DNA from: Candidatus Saganbacteria bacterium
Lineage (GTDB): Bacteria > Margulisbacteria > WOR-1 > JAKLHX01
Assembly: GCA_026387835.1 (NCBI GenBank)
Contig: JAPLKZ010000010.1
Span: 331,716-363,715, forward strand
DNA: 32,000 nucleotides
Direction of reading: 5' to 3'
Shown here: positions 1 through 8,620 of the stretch, one piece after another
How positions within the stretch are numbered: the first letter of the stretch is position 1
Layout: every line of letters starts with the position of its first letter
Made by a program: the position numbers and the translations under genes
The notes under the pieces: model-generated
The model's database searches: none
Told to the model about the DNA's origin: nothing
What the model saw: the letters and a program-made list of their open reading frames with translations, nothing else

Positions 1-2
1 AT

Positions 3-344
3 ATCCCGGAAGTGGTCACAGTTGTCAAATGTCTTCTGCTGGGTAAACCCTATGTGGTCCCGACCTATTCCGTCTGCAACGAATGCAAAACAAACGAGAA
101 TGTCTGCAGGTATGAAAAGGACGAGGATTGTTTCGGTCCCGTGACAAGGGCCGGCTGCAACTCCTGGTGTATAAATAATGGGAACAAATGCTACGGCTGC
201 AGGGGGCTTGTGGACGATCCCGCCGCCAACGGACAAAAAGAGATCCTGAGCAAATACGGGCTTGATCTTAACGAGATCCTGAACAGGTTTACTTTATATA
301 ATGACAGCCTTGGAGTAAAATATGACAAAGAGTTCAAGCAGTAA
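3..344 (+). CDS. [NiFe]-hydrogenase small subunit, C-terminal part (5' end lies outside the window)
   Basis: The frame is open from the window edge. The Cys-rich distal-cluster region (CNECKTNENVC...CFGPVTRAGCNSWC...CYGCRG) is typical of group-3 small subunits. It overlaps the large-subunit start by 23 nt. Confidence 0.8.
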   Translation: MPEVVTVVKCLLLGKPYVVPTYSVCNECKTNENVCRYEKDEDCFGPVTRAGCNSWCINNGNKCYGCRGLVDDPAANGQKEILSKYGLDLNEILNRFTLYNDSLGVKYDKEFKQ

Positions 345-1668
345 TTCAAAGAACGTAAATATTGATATCCACTACCTGACAAGGGTGGAAGGACACGGTA
401 ATATCGTCGTTGATGTAAAAAACGGCGTGCTGGAAAAATGCGAGTTCCAGGTCATAGAATCTCCGAGGTTCTTCGAATCTATGCTCGTTGGCAGATCGAT
501 ATGGGAAGCGCAGCATATTACGAGCAGGATCTGCGGCATCTGCGCCTGCGGTCACAGCCTTGCCAGCATTAAAGCGGCGGAAGCGGCGCTTGAAGTGACC
601 CCGTCAGACGATACGGCTTTGCTCCGAAAACTTTTATTGAACACGGAAATGCTCGACAGCCATATACTTCACATTTACATGCTTGTCGCGCCCGACCTTC
701 TCGGCGTAAAGAGCATTTTCCCTCTGGTCAAGACCCACAAGAGCATGATAGAGATGGCGCTTAAGATGAAAAGGATGAGCGATTTCGCCGGGGAAGTGCT
801 TGCCGGCCGTCATATCCACCCCATTAGCTATGTGATCGGAGGCCTGACCCAGGTCCCGGCAAAAGAAAACCTGCAAAAGCTTCTTTCTATGATGATAGAA
901 TGTCGGGGATACGGAGAAAAGACCGTCAAAACTTTTAAAAAATTGAGCTTCCCCTCTTTTGAGCATCCGACACAGTATCTTTCACTTACAAACGAAAGTG
1001 GTGAATATCCTATGTACGACGGTGACTTGGTAGTGTCCGGATCGCAAAGGACCGGCATAAAAGATTACAAAAGATTATTACACGAAAAACCTGTCGGTTA
1101 TTCAAGGGCAAAACTTTCTTTTATTAACGGACAACCTTATTCTGTGGGGGCCCTTTCGCGCCTTAATAATAATTTTAAAAAGCTTAATAAAAAGGCAAGG
1201 CTTGTCGCGGAAGAGCTGGGTTACAAAGTCCCGTGTCACAATCCGTATTTGAACACCGTTGCGCAGCTCATAGAATGGGTGCATTGTCTTGAAGATTCGA
1301 TCTCTATCCTCGAAAGGATCTTAAAGGAAGGAATAGATAGCGCTAAGGTCGTGGTGTCATCCTGGCCAAAAAAGGGAGAAAAGCGTTCGTACAGGCCAAA
1401 TTCGGGAACCGGATGTGTCGAGGTGCCGAGAGGTTCTCTGTTTCATGAATATACCATTGATGAGACCGGCCATATAACCGCGGCTAATTGCGTCATCCCT
1501 ACGAACCAGAACATTGCCAACCTTGAAGAAAACATGAGAAAGATCGTGCCTGAGATGCTGCCTGAAAAGTCCCAGGATGAGATCCGTCTCGGACTTGAGA
1601 TGCTCGCGCGTGCTTACGACCCCTGCATTTCCTGCGCCACGCACATGCTAGATGTCAAATTCATCTGA
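322..1668 (+). CDS. [NiFe]-hydrogenase large (catalytic) subunit, group 3 (3b-like by size)
   Basis: 448 aa. Carries the N-terminal LTRVEGHG and RICGICACGHS motif and the C-terminal DPCISCATH Ni-Fe ligand motif. A GGAG lies 8 nt upstream of the ATG. Confidence 0.92.
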   Translation: MTKSSSSNSKNVNIDIHYLTRVEGHGNIVVDVKNGVLEKCEFQVIESPRFFESMLVGRSIWEAQHITSRICGICACGHSLASIKAAEAALEVTPSDDTALLRKLLLNTEMLDSHILHIYMLVAPDLLGVKSIFPLVKTHKSMIEMALKMKRMSDFAGEVLAGRHIHPISYVIGGLTQVPAKENLQKLLSMMIECRGYGEKTVKTFKKLSFPSFEHPTQYLSLTNESGEYPMYDGDLVVSGSQRTGIKDYKRLLHEKPVGYSRAKLSFINGQPYSVGALSRLNNNFKKLNKKARLVAEELGYKVPCHNPYLNTVAQLIEWVHCLEDSISILERILKEGIDSAKVVVSSWPKKGEKRSYRPNSGTGCVEVPRGSLFHEYTIDETGHITAANCVIPTNQNIANLEENMRKIVPEMLPEKSQDEIRLGLEMLARAYDPCISCATHMLDVKFI

Positions 1669-2128
1669 AAAACTGGCCATTATCGGCCTTGGCAACCCTT
1701 TAAGGAAAGACGACGGAGTCGGAATAATCGCACTTAATCGTTTGAAGTTATGCCTAAAAAGGCCTGATATCGACTATTTTGATTTCGGTACGGGGAGTTT
1801 TGATATCCTTTTCAAGATAAACGAATACAAGGCCATTCTTATAATCGATGCCGTAAATGCCGGCATGGAACCGGGGGACCATAAGATATTTCCTCTTGAG
1901 GCCGTTGAATCGGAGATCATCACGGACATGGGGTCTACGCACGGGTTCGGCCTCAAGCAGCTGAGGATGCTATGCTCTTCTTTCGGGTCTTCTGGCAAGG
2001 TTTTTGTCGCGGGCATCCAGATCGTTGATGTTTCCGAGGGGAACGGAACCTCGGACCTTGTCAACAAAAAACTTGACTCCGCTATAGATAATATTTCCCT
2101 CTATATCAACAAATACCTGTCATCCTAA
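1652..2128 (+). CDS. hydrogenase maturation endopeptidase (HycI/HoxW/FrhD family)
   Basis: 158 aa with the GLGNPLRKDDGVG, IDAV and GSTHGFG motifs. It overlaps the end of the large subunit gene. Confidence 0.85.
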   Translation: MSNSSEKLAIIGLGNPLRKDDGVGIIALNRLKLCLKRPDIDYFDFGTGSFDILFKINEYKAILIIDAVNAGMEPGDHKIFPLEAVESEIITDMGSTHGFGLKQLRMLCSSFGSSGKVFVAGIQIVDVSEGNGTSDLVNKKLDSAIDNISLYINKYLSS

Positions 2129-2139
2129 GCATTGGGATA

Positions 2140-2371
<232 letters not shown>

Positions 2372-2382
2372 GGCCTGATGTT

Positions 2383-2413
2383 GTTATCATGAATACTCGG
2401 TTATCATAATAAC
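2383..2413 (+). repeat. tandem 14-nt direct repeat GTTATCATGAATAC / GTTATCATAATAAC, 17-nt period
   Basis: Copies at 2383-2396 and 2400-2413 are 12/14 identical. The second copy is itself an imperfect palindrome (GTTAT..ATAAC). Confidence 0.6.
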
Positions 2414-2419
2414 GTTTTT

Positions 2420-2450
2420 GGGCGCAATTTTGCGCCCTTTTGATTTTTTT
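2420..2450 (+). terminator. rho-independent terminator
   Basis: A 7-bp GC stem GGGCGCA/TGCGCCC with loop ATTT is followed by TTTTGATTTTTTT. Confidence 0.8.
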
Positions 2451-2463
2451 GGAGGTATTAATA

Positions 2464-4230
2464 ATGAAACTGTCTAAAAACGCCGAGATCATCATTGAAA
2501 AAAGATACCTTCAAAAGGACAAGAACGGAAAACCGGCCGAGACAGTCTCCCAGTTTTTTAAAAGGGTCGCAAAAACAATAGCCGCCGTCGATAAAAAATA
2601 TGACCCCGGATCAAAGGTCTCCGATATAGAGGCTGAATTCTATAAAGCGATGAGCGAAGGGGAATTCCTGCCTAACTCTCCCGCCCTTATGAACGCCGGC
2701 GCGGAAGCCGGGCAGCTTTTCGCCTGTTTTGTGCTTCCTGTCGAAGACCGCTTGAAAGATATATTTGAGACCCTCAAGAACACGGCCCTTATTCAACAAA
2801 GCGGCGGGGGAGTAGGGTTCAACTTCGGCCGCCTCAGGCCCAAAAGCTCGGCGGTAAAGTCGACACGAGGGGTATCTTCGGGCCCCGTTTCGTTCATGAA
2901 GGTTTTTGATGCCGCGACAGAAGTGATCGGACAAGGCGGCAGAAGACGCGGCGCGAATATGGGCATTTTACCGGTGGACCATCCCGACATAATGGAATTC
3001 ATTTCTTCCAAACAAAAAGAAAAAGCCCTTTCAAATTTTAATCTTTCTGTTGCTGTGACCGATAAGTTCATGGAAGCCGCAAAAAAAGGCGCTAAATACA
3101 ATCTAATTGATCCCAGGACAAAAAAATCCGCCGGGAACCTTAATGCGGGAGACGTCTTTTCCGAGATCGCCCGCTGGGCCTGGGAATGTGGAGATCCCGG
3201 AATTGTCTTTATCGATGCCATCAATAAAAACAACCCCGTCAAAAAGATGGGGGCCATAGAAGCGACAAACCCATGCGGGGAGCAACCATTATTGCCGTAT
3301 GAATCCTGCTGTCTCGGCTCCGTCAACCTTTCAAAGGTCGTAAAAAACGGGGGGCCCGATCTTAAGCATCTTAAAGAGCTTGTCCGGTTAGGGGTTCACT
3401 TCCTTGATAACTTGATAGATGCAAACAAGTTCCCTATTGCCGAGATCGAAAAGGCGACCCTGGCCAACAGAAAGATCGGGCTCGGGGTAATGGGATTTGC
3501 TGATATGCTCATCAAGCTGGGCATCCCTTACGACAGCCCAAAAGCTGTGGCTCTCGCTGAAAAGCTTATGAAATTTATCAGGGAAGAAGCGCAAAAGATG
3601 TCCCAGGAGCTCGCGGCGACAAGGGGTTCGTTCCCTAATTTCAAAGACAGCGCTTATAAATCAAAGGTCAAGGCTATGCGCAATGCCACCGTTACCACGA
3701 TCGCTCCGACCGGAACTATCAGCATAATCGCCGGCTGTTCTTCCGGGATCGAACCAATCTTTGCGGTGGCTTATGTCAGGCTGCTCGCTGACGGTCAGGA
3801 GATCGTCGAGTGCTGCCCTCTTTTTGAAGAGATGATGAAAAAGCGCAAACTTTACAATCACGAATTCTGCAAAAGGGTCCTTTCCGAAGGCGGAATAAAC
3901 GAGATGTCCAGCATACCCGAAGATATAAAAAAACTATTTCTCCCGGCAGTCGGGATCTCATATGAATGGCACGTGGCCATAGCGGCAGCATTTCAAAAAT
4001 ATACCGACAATGCCGTTTCAAAGACCGTCAATCTTCCTTCGTCCGCATCAAAAGAGGATGTTAAAAATGTGTTTCTCTCCGCATACAAGAACAAATGTAA
4101 GGGCATTACCGTGTTCCGGCAGGGATGCAAAAAAGAGCAGGTCCTTTCCATCAAACCCGAAGATACGGGGCGCATTGCGGTTGAAAGCGAATTCGCCGGA
4201 GGGTGCCCCGTGAGTTACTGCGTAGATTGA
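2464..4230 (+). CDS. nrdJ: class II (adenosylcobalamin-dependent) ribonucleotide reductase, short form
   Basis: 588 aa counted from the ATG at 2464, with GGAGG 8 nt upstream. Motifs: LPNSPALMNAG, QQSGGGVG, the finger loop ATNPCGEQPLLPYESC, and KGITVFR. It ends in GGCPVSYCVD. Confidence 0.9.
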   Translation: MKLSKNAEIIIEKRYLQKDKNGKPAETVSQFFKRVAKTIAAVDKKYDPGSKVSDIEAEFYKAMSEGEFLPNSPALMNAGAEAGQLFACFVLPVEDRLKDIFETLKNTALIQQSGGGVGFNFGRLRPKSSAVKSTRGVSSGPVSFMKVFDAATEVIGQGGRRRGANMGILPVDHPDIMEFISSKQKEKALSNFNLSVAVTDKFMEAAKKGAKYNLIDPRTKKSAGNLNAGDVFSEIARWAWECGDPGIVFIDAINKNNPVKKMGAIEATNPCGEQPLLPYESCCLGSVNLSKVVKNGGPDLKHLKELVRLGVHFLDNLIDANKFPIAEIEKATLANRKIGLGVMGFADMLIKLGIPYDSPKAVALAEKLMKFIREEAQKMSQELAATRGSFPNFKDSAYKSKVKAMRNATVTTIAPTGTISIIAGCSSGIEPIFAVAYVRLLADGQEIVECCPLFEEMMKKRKLYNHEFCKRVLSEGGINEMSSIPEDIKKLFLPAVGISYEWHVAIAAAFQKYTDNAVSKTVNLPSSASKEDVKNVFLSAYKNKCKGITVFRQGCKKEQVLSIKPEDTGRIAVESEFAGGCPVSYCVD

Positions 4231-4239
4231 AATATCCCC

Positions 4240-4294
4240 TTGACAGCCCATATATGTAGCGTGATATACTCATAGTCCCCACTAAATAGGGTGG
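4240..4294 (+). promoter_or_regulatory. promoter (TTGACA ... TGaTATACT) with candidate NrdR boxes
   Basis: TTGACA at 4240-4245 and TATACT at 4265-4270, preceded by TG. CCACTAAATAGGGTGG at 4279-4294 matches about 11/16 of the NrdR-box consensus acaCwAtATaTwGtgt. A weaker ATATAT-centred half-match lies at 4245-4260. Confidence 0.45.
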
Positions 4295-4320
4295 TTTTCC
4301 ATGAAAAGGTAAAAAGGGCT

Positions 4321-4767
4321 ATGAAGTGTCCCGCGTGCGGAAAAGACGATGATAAAGTGCTTGAGTCCCGCTCTATAGACGACGGCTCTGCCGTCAGGAG
4401 AAGGAGAGAATGCATCGACTGCAAAGCGCGTTTTACTTCTTATGAAAGAGTGGAAGAAAAGCCTCTCGTAGTAATAAAAAAGGATAATACCCGTCAGCCC
4501 TACAGCAGAGAAAAACTTGTGGGCGGCATCAGGAAGTCCTGCGAAAAAAGGCCGGTCTCTTCGGATGATATAGAACAGATCGCCGACGATGTCGAAAAGT
4601 TTTTGTACTCCGAGTACGGCAGGGAGGTCCCGACGTCCCAGATCGGCGAGATCGTGATGGACAAGCTTCAGAATATCGACCAGGTCGCCTATGTGCGGTT
4701 CGCATCCGTATACCGGCAGTTCGAAAAAGTCACGGACTTTGTTAAAGAGATAAAAAGCCTGAATTAA
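4321..4767 (+). CDS. nrdR: transcriptional repressor NrdR
   Basis: Begins MKCPACG...CIDCKARFTSYERVE (zinc ribbon) followed by an ATP-cone. The start is set at the canonical MKCP rather than the GTG at 4291. Confidence 0.93.
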   Translation: MKCPACGKDDDKVLESRSIDDGSAVRRRRECIDCKARFTSYERVEEKPLVVIKKDNTRQPYSREKLVGGIRKSCEKRPVSSDDIEQIADDVEKFLYSEYGREVPTSQIGEIVMDKLQNIDQVAYVRFASVYRQFEKVTDFVKEIKSLN

Positions 4768-4795
4768 CGGCCAATCAACAGAAGGGGGAATTACC

Positions 4796-7108
4796 ATGTC
4801 CAGCGAAGAATTGAACTTGTCCGAAAACGCGATAAAGGTCCTTGAAAAAAGATATTTAAAGCGCGACGAGAAAGGGAATGTGACGGAAAATCCGGAGGAT
4901 CTTTTCCGCAGGGTATCAAAAAATATCGCCTCTGCGGAAGTGAGGTTCTCGTCGACAATAGAGGCGAAGCAGGTGGAGGACGAATTTTTCCGGATGATCT
5001 CCTCACTGGAATTTCTTCCGAATTCCCCTACTCTCATGAACGCCGGGAGGGCCTTGCAGCAATTATCCGCGTGTTTCGTGCTGCCTGTCGATGATTCTTT
5101 GGAAAATATCTTCGAGACGGTAAAAGAGACCGCGATGATCCACAAGAGCGGCGGCGGGACCGGGTTTTCTTTTTCTCATTTGAGGCCAAAGGACGACATC
5201 GTCCTGACGACCAAAGGGGTTTCTTCGGGACCTGTATCTTTTATGACCGTATTTGACGCCGCGACCGAAGCGGTAAAACAGGGCGGCACCCGCCGCGGCG
5301 CCAATATGGGCATACTTCGCGTGGACCATCCGGATATCCTTGATTTTATTACCTGCAAAAGAGATAACAATAAAATAAACAATTTTAATATTTCGGTAGC
5401 TGTCACTGACGAGTTCATGGAAGCGGTGGAAGAAGGCAGGATGTACGATCTTGTTAACCCGCGGACAAAAGAAAAAATGCGCAGCCTTAACGCCAAAGAG
5501 GTTTTTGACCTTATTACCGAGATGGCATGGAAGAACGGCGATCCGGGGATCATCTTTATCGACAGGATGAATGCTTTTAATCCCACTCCTCTTATAGGGG
5601 AGATCGAGGCTACAAATCCCTGCGGGGAGCAGCCTCTGCTCCCTTACGAATCCTGCAATCTCGGCTCGATCAATCTTGCAAAGATGGTAAAGAAGTCTTC
5701 GGGCGCGCAGCATGAAATAAACTGGGAAAAGCTGAAAAAGACCGTTCATTTGTCGGTAAGATTCCTTGACGATGTGATTGAGATGAACAAATACCCGCTT
5801 AAAAAGATCGAGGATATGACAAAAGCCAACCGCAAGATCGGCCTCGGGATAATGGGATTTGCCGATATGCTGATCATGCTCGGCATTCCTTACAACACGA
5901 AGAAGGCTATGTCGACAGCCGAAAAAGTGATGCGGTTCGTCCAGGAAGAAAGCAAGAAGGCGTCGGAAAAACTTGCATTTGAAAGGGGTGAGTTCGCGAA
6001 TTTCAAGGGCAGCATATATGATGTCCAGAACGGGCCAAAGATAAGGAACGCAACGACCACGACCCTTGCTCCGACAGGGACCATCAGCATAATCGCTGCC
6101 TGTTCTTCCGGAATAGAGCCCCTGTTCGCCATCTCATATATAAGACGGGTGATGGACAACGCTGAGATGGTGGAAGTGCATCCGTTATTCAAAAAGATAG
6201 CAATGGAAGCGGGCTTTTACAGCGACGAACTTATGAAAAAGATCGCGGAACACGGCAGCGTGCAGGGGATAGAAGAAGTTCCCGAAGATATCAGGAGGGT
6301 ATTCGTTACGGCTCACGATATAAACGCCGACTGGCATATAAGGATGCAGTCCGTTTTCCAGAAATACACGGACAATGCCGTTTCAAAGACCGTCAACTTC
6401 GCGAATAACGCGACAAAAGACGACATCAAAAACTCGTATCTTTTCGCATACAAAGAAGGCTGCAAGGGCATAACCATATACCGAGATAAAAGCAGGGAGA
6501 CGCAGGTCCTGAACATCGAAAGTAGAAAAGAAGAGAACAGGAAGCCTCACGGAATAGTCCCGAGGGAAAGGCCGAGCCAGACGCTCGGCAAGACGATCCG
6601 CATCGGGACCGGCTGCGGCAATCTTTACGTGACCGTAAACGAGGACCAGTCGGGGTTGTGCGAGGTATTTGCAAAGATGGGGAAATCAGGGGGATGCGCG
6701 GCATCGCAGTCGGAGGCGATCAGCCGTTTGATATCCTTGTGCCTAAGGTGCGGGATAGATAAGGAAGCTATCTTAAAACAGGTGAAAGGCATCAGATGTC
6801 CTTCTCCTTTATGGGTGAACGGCGGAATGATCCTTTCCTGCCCCGATGCTATCGCGAAGACGATCGAGCAGTACATCGGCAACGGGAACGGCCACGGCCA
6901 CGTCGATGATATGCCGGATATCGATCCGGTTATCGCCGCAGCAGCCACCGCAAAAGCAAAAGAACCCGTTCCCGTGACCGTTTCTTTCATGGAAGAAAGA
7001 GATATCAAGACCGACATGTGCCCGGAGTGCCCCGAGTGCGGCAGTATGGTCGATTTTACGGAAGGATGTATCGTCTGCAGGTCGTGCGGATACTCTAAAT
7101 GCTGGTAG
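4796..7108 (+). CDS. nrdJ: class II ribonucleotide reductase, long form with C-terminal TSCPD-type Cys-rich domain and zinc ribbon
   Basis: 770 aa with the same core motifs as the short copy (ATNPCGEQPLLPYESC, KGITIYR). It continues into GTGCGNLYVTVNE...GKSGGCAASQSEAISRL...LSCPDAI, then CPECPEC-x9-CIVCRSC. Confidence 0.93.
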   Translation: MSSEELNLSENAIKVLEKRYLKRDEKGNVTENPEDLFRRVSKNIASAEVRFSSTIEAKQVEDEFFRMISSLEFLPNSPTLMNAGRALQQLSACFVLPVDDSLENIFETVKETAMIHKSGGGTGFSFSHLRPKDDIVLTTKGVSSGPVSFMTVFDAATEAVKQGGTRRGANMGILRVDHPDILDFITCKRDNNKINNFNISVAVTDEFMEAVEEGRMYDLVNPRTKEKMRSLNAKEVFDLITEMAWKNGDPGIIFIDRMNAFNPTPLIGEIEATNPCGEQPLLPYESCNLGSINLAKMVKKSSGAQHEINWEKLKKTVHLSVRFLDDVIEMNKYPLKKIEDMTKANRKIGLGIMGFADMLIMLGIPYNTKKAMSTAEKVMRFVQEESKKASEKLAFERGEFANFKGSIYDVQNGPKIRNATTTTLAPTGTISIIAACSSGIEPLFAISYIRRVMDNAEMVEVHPLFKKIAMEAGFYSDELMKKIAEHGSVQGIEEVPEDIRRVFVTAHDINADWHIRMQSVFQKYTDNAVSKTVNFANNATKDDIKNSYLFAYKEGCKGITIYRDKSRETQVLNIESRKEENRKPHGIVPRERPSQTLGKTIRIGTGCGNLYVTVNEDQSGLCEVFAKMGKSGGCAASQSEAISRLISLCLRCGIDKEAILKQVKGIRCPSPLWVNGGMILSCPDAIAKTIEQYIGNGNGHGHVDDMPDIDPVIAAAATAKAKEPVPVTVSFMEERDIKTDMCPECPECGSMVDFTEGCIVCRSCGYSKCW

Positions 7109-7623
7109 CTTTCATCGGTGACGGAGAAGGCAAGACATCCGCGGCAATAGGCCATGCTATTCGCGCAGCCGGCCACGGCAAAAAAGTTGCCGTTATTCAG
7201 TTCCTTAAAGGCCGGACAAATACGGGTGAATATAAATATTTTTCTAAGTGTCCTTCGATAGAACTTTACCTCGCCGGCGAATCGTCTTTTGTCCTTGATA
7301 AAACTCCGAAGGAAACCCACACAAAAAAAGCAAAAGAAGGGATTGCTCTTGCAAAAAAGCTTGCCGGCTCACAGAAATATTTCCTTCTTATCCTTGACGA
7401 GATACTGGACGCGCAGGCCGCGGGATTGATATCGACAAAGGATATTGGGGAGATCATTGATTTGGTGCGGGTCCCGATCGGATCGGTGACTCTTCATGCA
7501 ATTTTAACCGGCCGCGTCCTGCCGCCGGAGCTGTCAAAGAAGATCGATCTTATCACCCAGATGAAGAAGATAAAACACTATTATGATCTTGGGGATAAGG
7601 GGATAGAGGGGTTGGATTGGTGA
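7099..7623 (+). CDS. cobO: ATP:cob(I)alamin (corrinoid) adenosyltransferase, CobO/BtuR type
   Basis: 174 aa with the P-loop GDGEGKTSAAIG. Also carries VIQFLKG, ILDEI, LTGR and a KHYYDLGDKGIEGLDW ending. The start overlaps the nrdJ stop by 10 nt. Confidence 0.85.
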   Translation: MLVAFIGDGEGKTSAAIGHAIRAAGHGKKVAVIQFLKGRTNTGEYKYFSKCPSIELYLAGESSFVLDKTPKETHTKKAKEGIALAKKLAGSQKYFLLILDEILDAQAAGLISTKDIGEIIDLVRVPIGSVTLHAILTGRVLPPELSKKIDLITQMKKIKHYYDLGDKGIEGLDW

Positions 7624-7678
7624 TTTTATCCCGTTTTCGCTTCGAGCTTTTTCTCCTATTTCTTAAGACTGTTCGGTT

Positions 7679-8464
7679 TTAGGCCTTTCCCTTTCCAGAA
7701 ACTGCCGAAAGATCTTCGATAAGGCGAACTGTACATTTGCGGCTGAGCTGCTTTTCCATATGCAAGTCATCTCGGCAATTTCGGAAGCCGCGAAAAACAC
7801 AAAAATCTCCTCCCCTAGAGGATTCTGTCCACTCCTTTCTGTTGCCTGTTAAATCATCTCTTGCCACTGCGTTTGTCTCTAGCGAATCGTCGATTTTTAA
7901 TGTGGCATTTTCCCATTCTTCCTCATACGGGATTCTAAGGTTTCTCCCGGTAATACCGCTCAACCACTTTGCATATGCCCGGCCATCCTCCAGGTTTAAA
8001 AATACCGCGCTCCTTTGTTGCGATGAACCTGCGAGAGCTTTTATGAGGAGATCCGCACCATCACCTGTGATTGGATATGACGTGCTTTTTACAAATCGAC
8101 CGAATTGACCGGCCGTAAGTTCCCCCACCATAATATTAAAACCCTGAGGATAGGCTCCTATGAAGTTTGGGACCCCCTTATATGATGCCCCTAGTTTCTT
8201 GTCAACAACTATCTTCATTTCTGTTCTTGCATAATATTTTTCTTTGTCGTTCATTGCTTCATATATTGCATCTTTCTCCCTCATCAAAGATAAAACTTCT
8301 TCTCTTTGTGGATATATTTGTGAATATATTGTCCCCTTATCAACAAATATGCTTATTTGTCTTGCTCCTCTTAATGTTCTTAATGCCTCTCTCATTTGGA
8401 CCCTTGTTATTTTTGTTCCGTCTGAATTTCTCCATTTTTCACCAATATTAATTTTGATAATCAT
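7679..8464 (-). CDS. FGE-sulfatase (SUMF1/EgtB/PvdO)-like domain protein with an unassigned ~110-aa N-terminal region
   Basis: 261 aa. The C-terminal half carries GELTAGQFGRFV...AVFLNLEDGRAYAKWLSGITGRNLRIPYEEEWENA...GNRKEWTES..RGG...VRLIE. This is the spacing typical of the FGE-sulfatase fold. An AAGGA SD lies 7 nt upstream. Confidence 0.65.
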   Translation of the reverse strand: MIIKINIGEKWRNSDGTKITRVQMREALRTLRGARQISIFVDKGTIYSQIYPQREEVLSLMREKDAIYEAMNDKEKYYARTEMKIVVDKKLGASYKGVPNFIGAYPQGFNIMVGELTAGQFGRFVKSTSYPITGDGADLLIKALAGSSQQRSAVFLNLEDGRAYAKWLSGITGRNLRIPYEEEWENATLKIDDSLETNAVARDDLTGNRKEWTESSRGGDFCVFRGFRNCRDDLHMEKQLSRKCTVRLIEDLSAVSGKGKA

Positions 8465-8620
8465 GTTACATCCTTTTTTGCTTTGGTATTACCATCTGAT
8501 AATATATCGAACGGCTTTTCAAGATATTTCAATGGTTTTGGGTGGGTAAGAATATTTTAGGTTATTTCGATCGATCGCCGTTCCGGGCGACGACAGATGA
8601 TTATTATCGTGGAGCCGATA

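Noticed and set aside
2372-2463. Cobalamin riboswitch upstream of the B12-dependent RNR
   Set aside because: The spacer is only 92 nt. It has no B12-box-like sequence and no multi-stem architecture. Only one simple terminator hairpin is present.
2464-4230. nrdJ copy 1 as a C-terminally truncated pseudogene of the long form
   Set aside because: All catalytic blocks are intact and the frame is clean. It ends with its own Cys-x4-Cys tail and a proper stop, and has a strong SD. It looks like a functional short-form enzyme rather than a remnant.
4282-5145. 287-aa minus-strand ORF spanning nrdR and the start of nrdJ-2. Similar long antisense ORFs occur at 5063-5749, 6625-7320, 2793-3326, 24497-25267, 27472-28272, 12009-12629 and 17534-18034.
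   Set aside because: Each lies entirely opposite a gene with unmistakable conserved motifs. Their translations are low-complexity (Ser/Phe/Leu/Arg-rich) mirror images with no motifs or SD. They are shadow ORFs.
8167-8549. Two overlapping plus-strand ORFs (94 and 101 aa) in the AT-rich stretch
   Set aside because: They are antisense to the FGE-like gene and its upstream spacer. The translations are Leu/Phe/Ile-rich artefacts of AT-rich DNA, with no SD.
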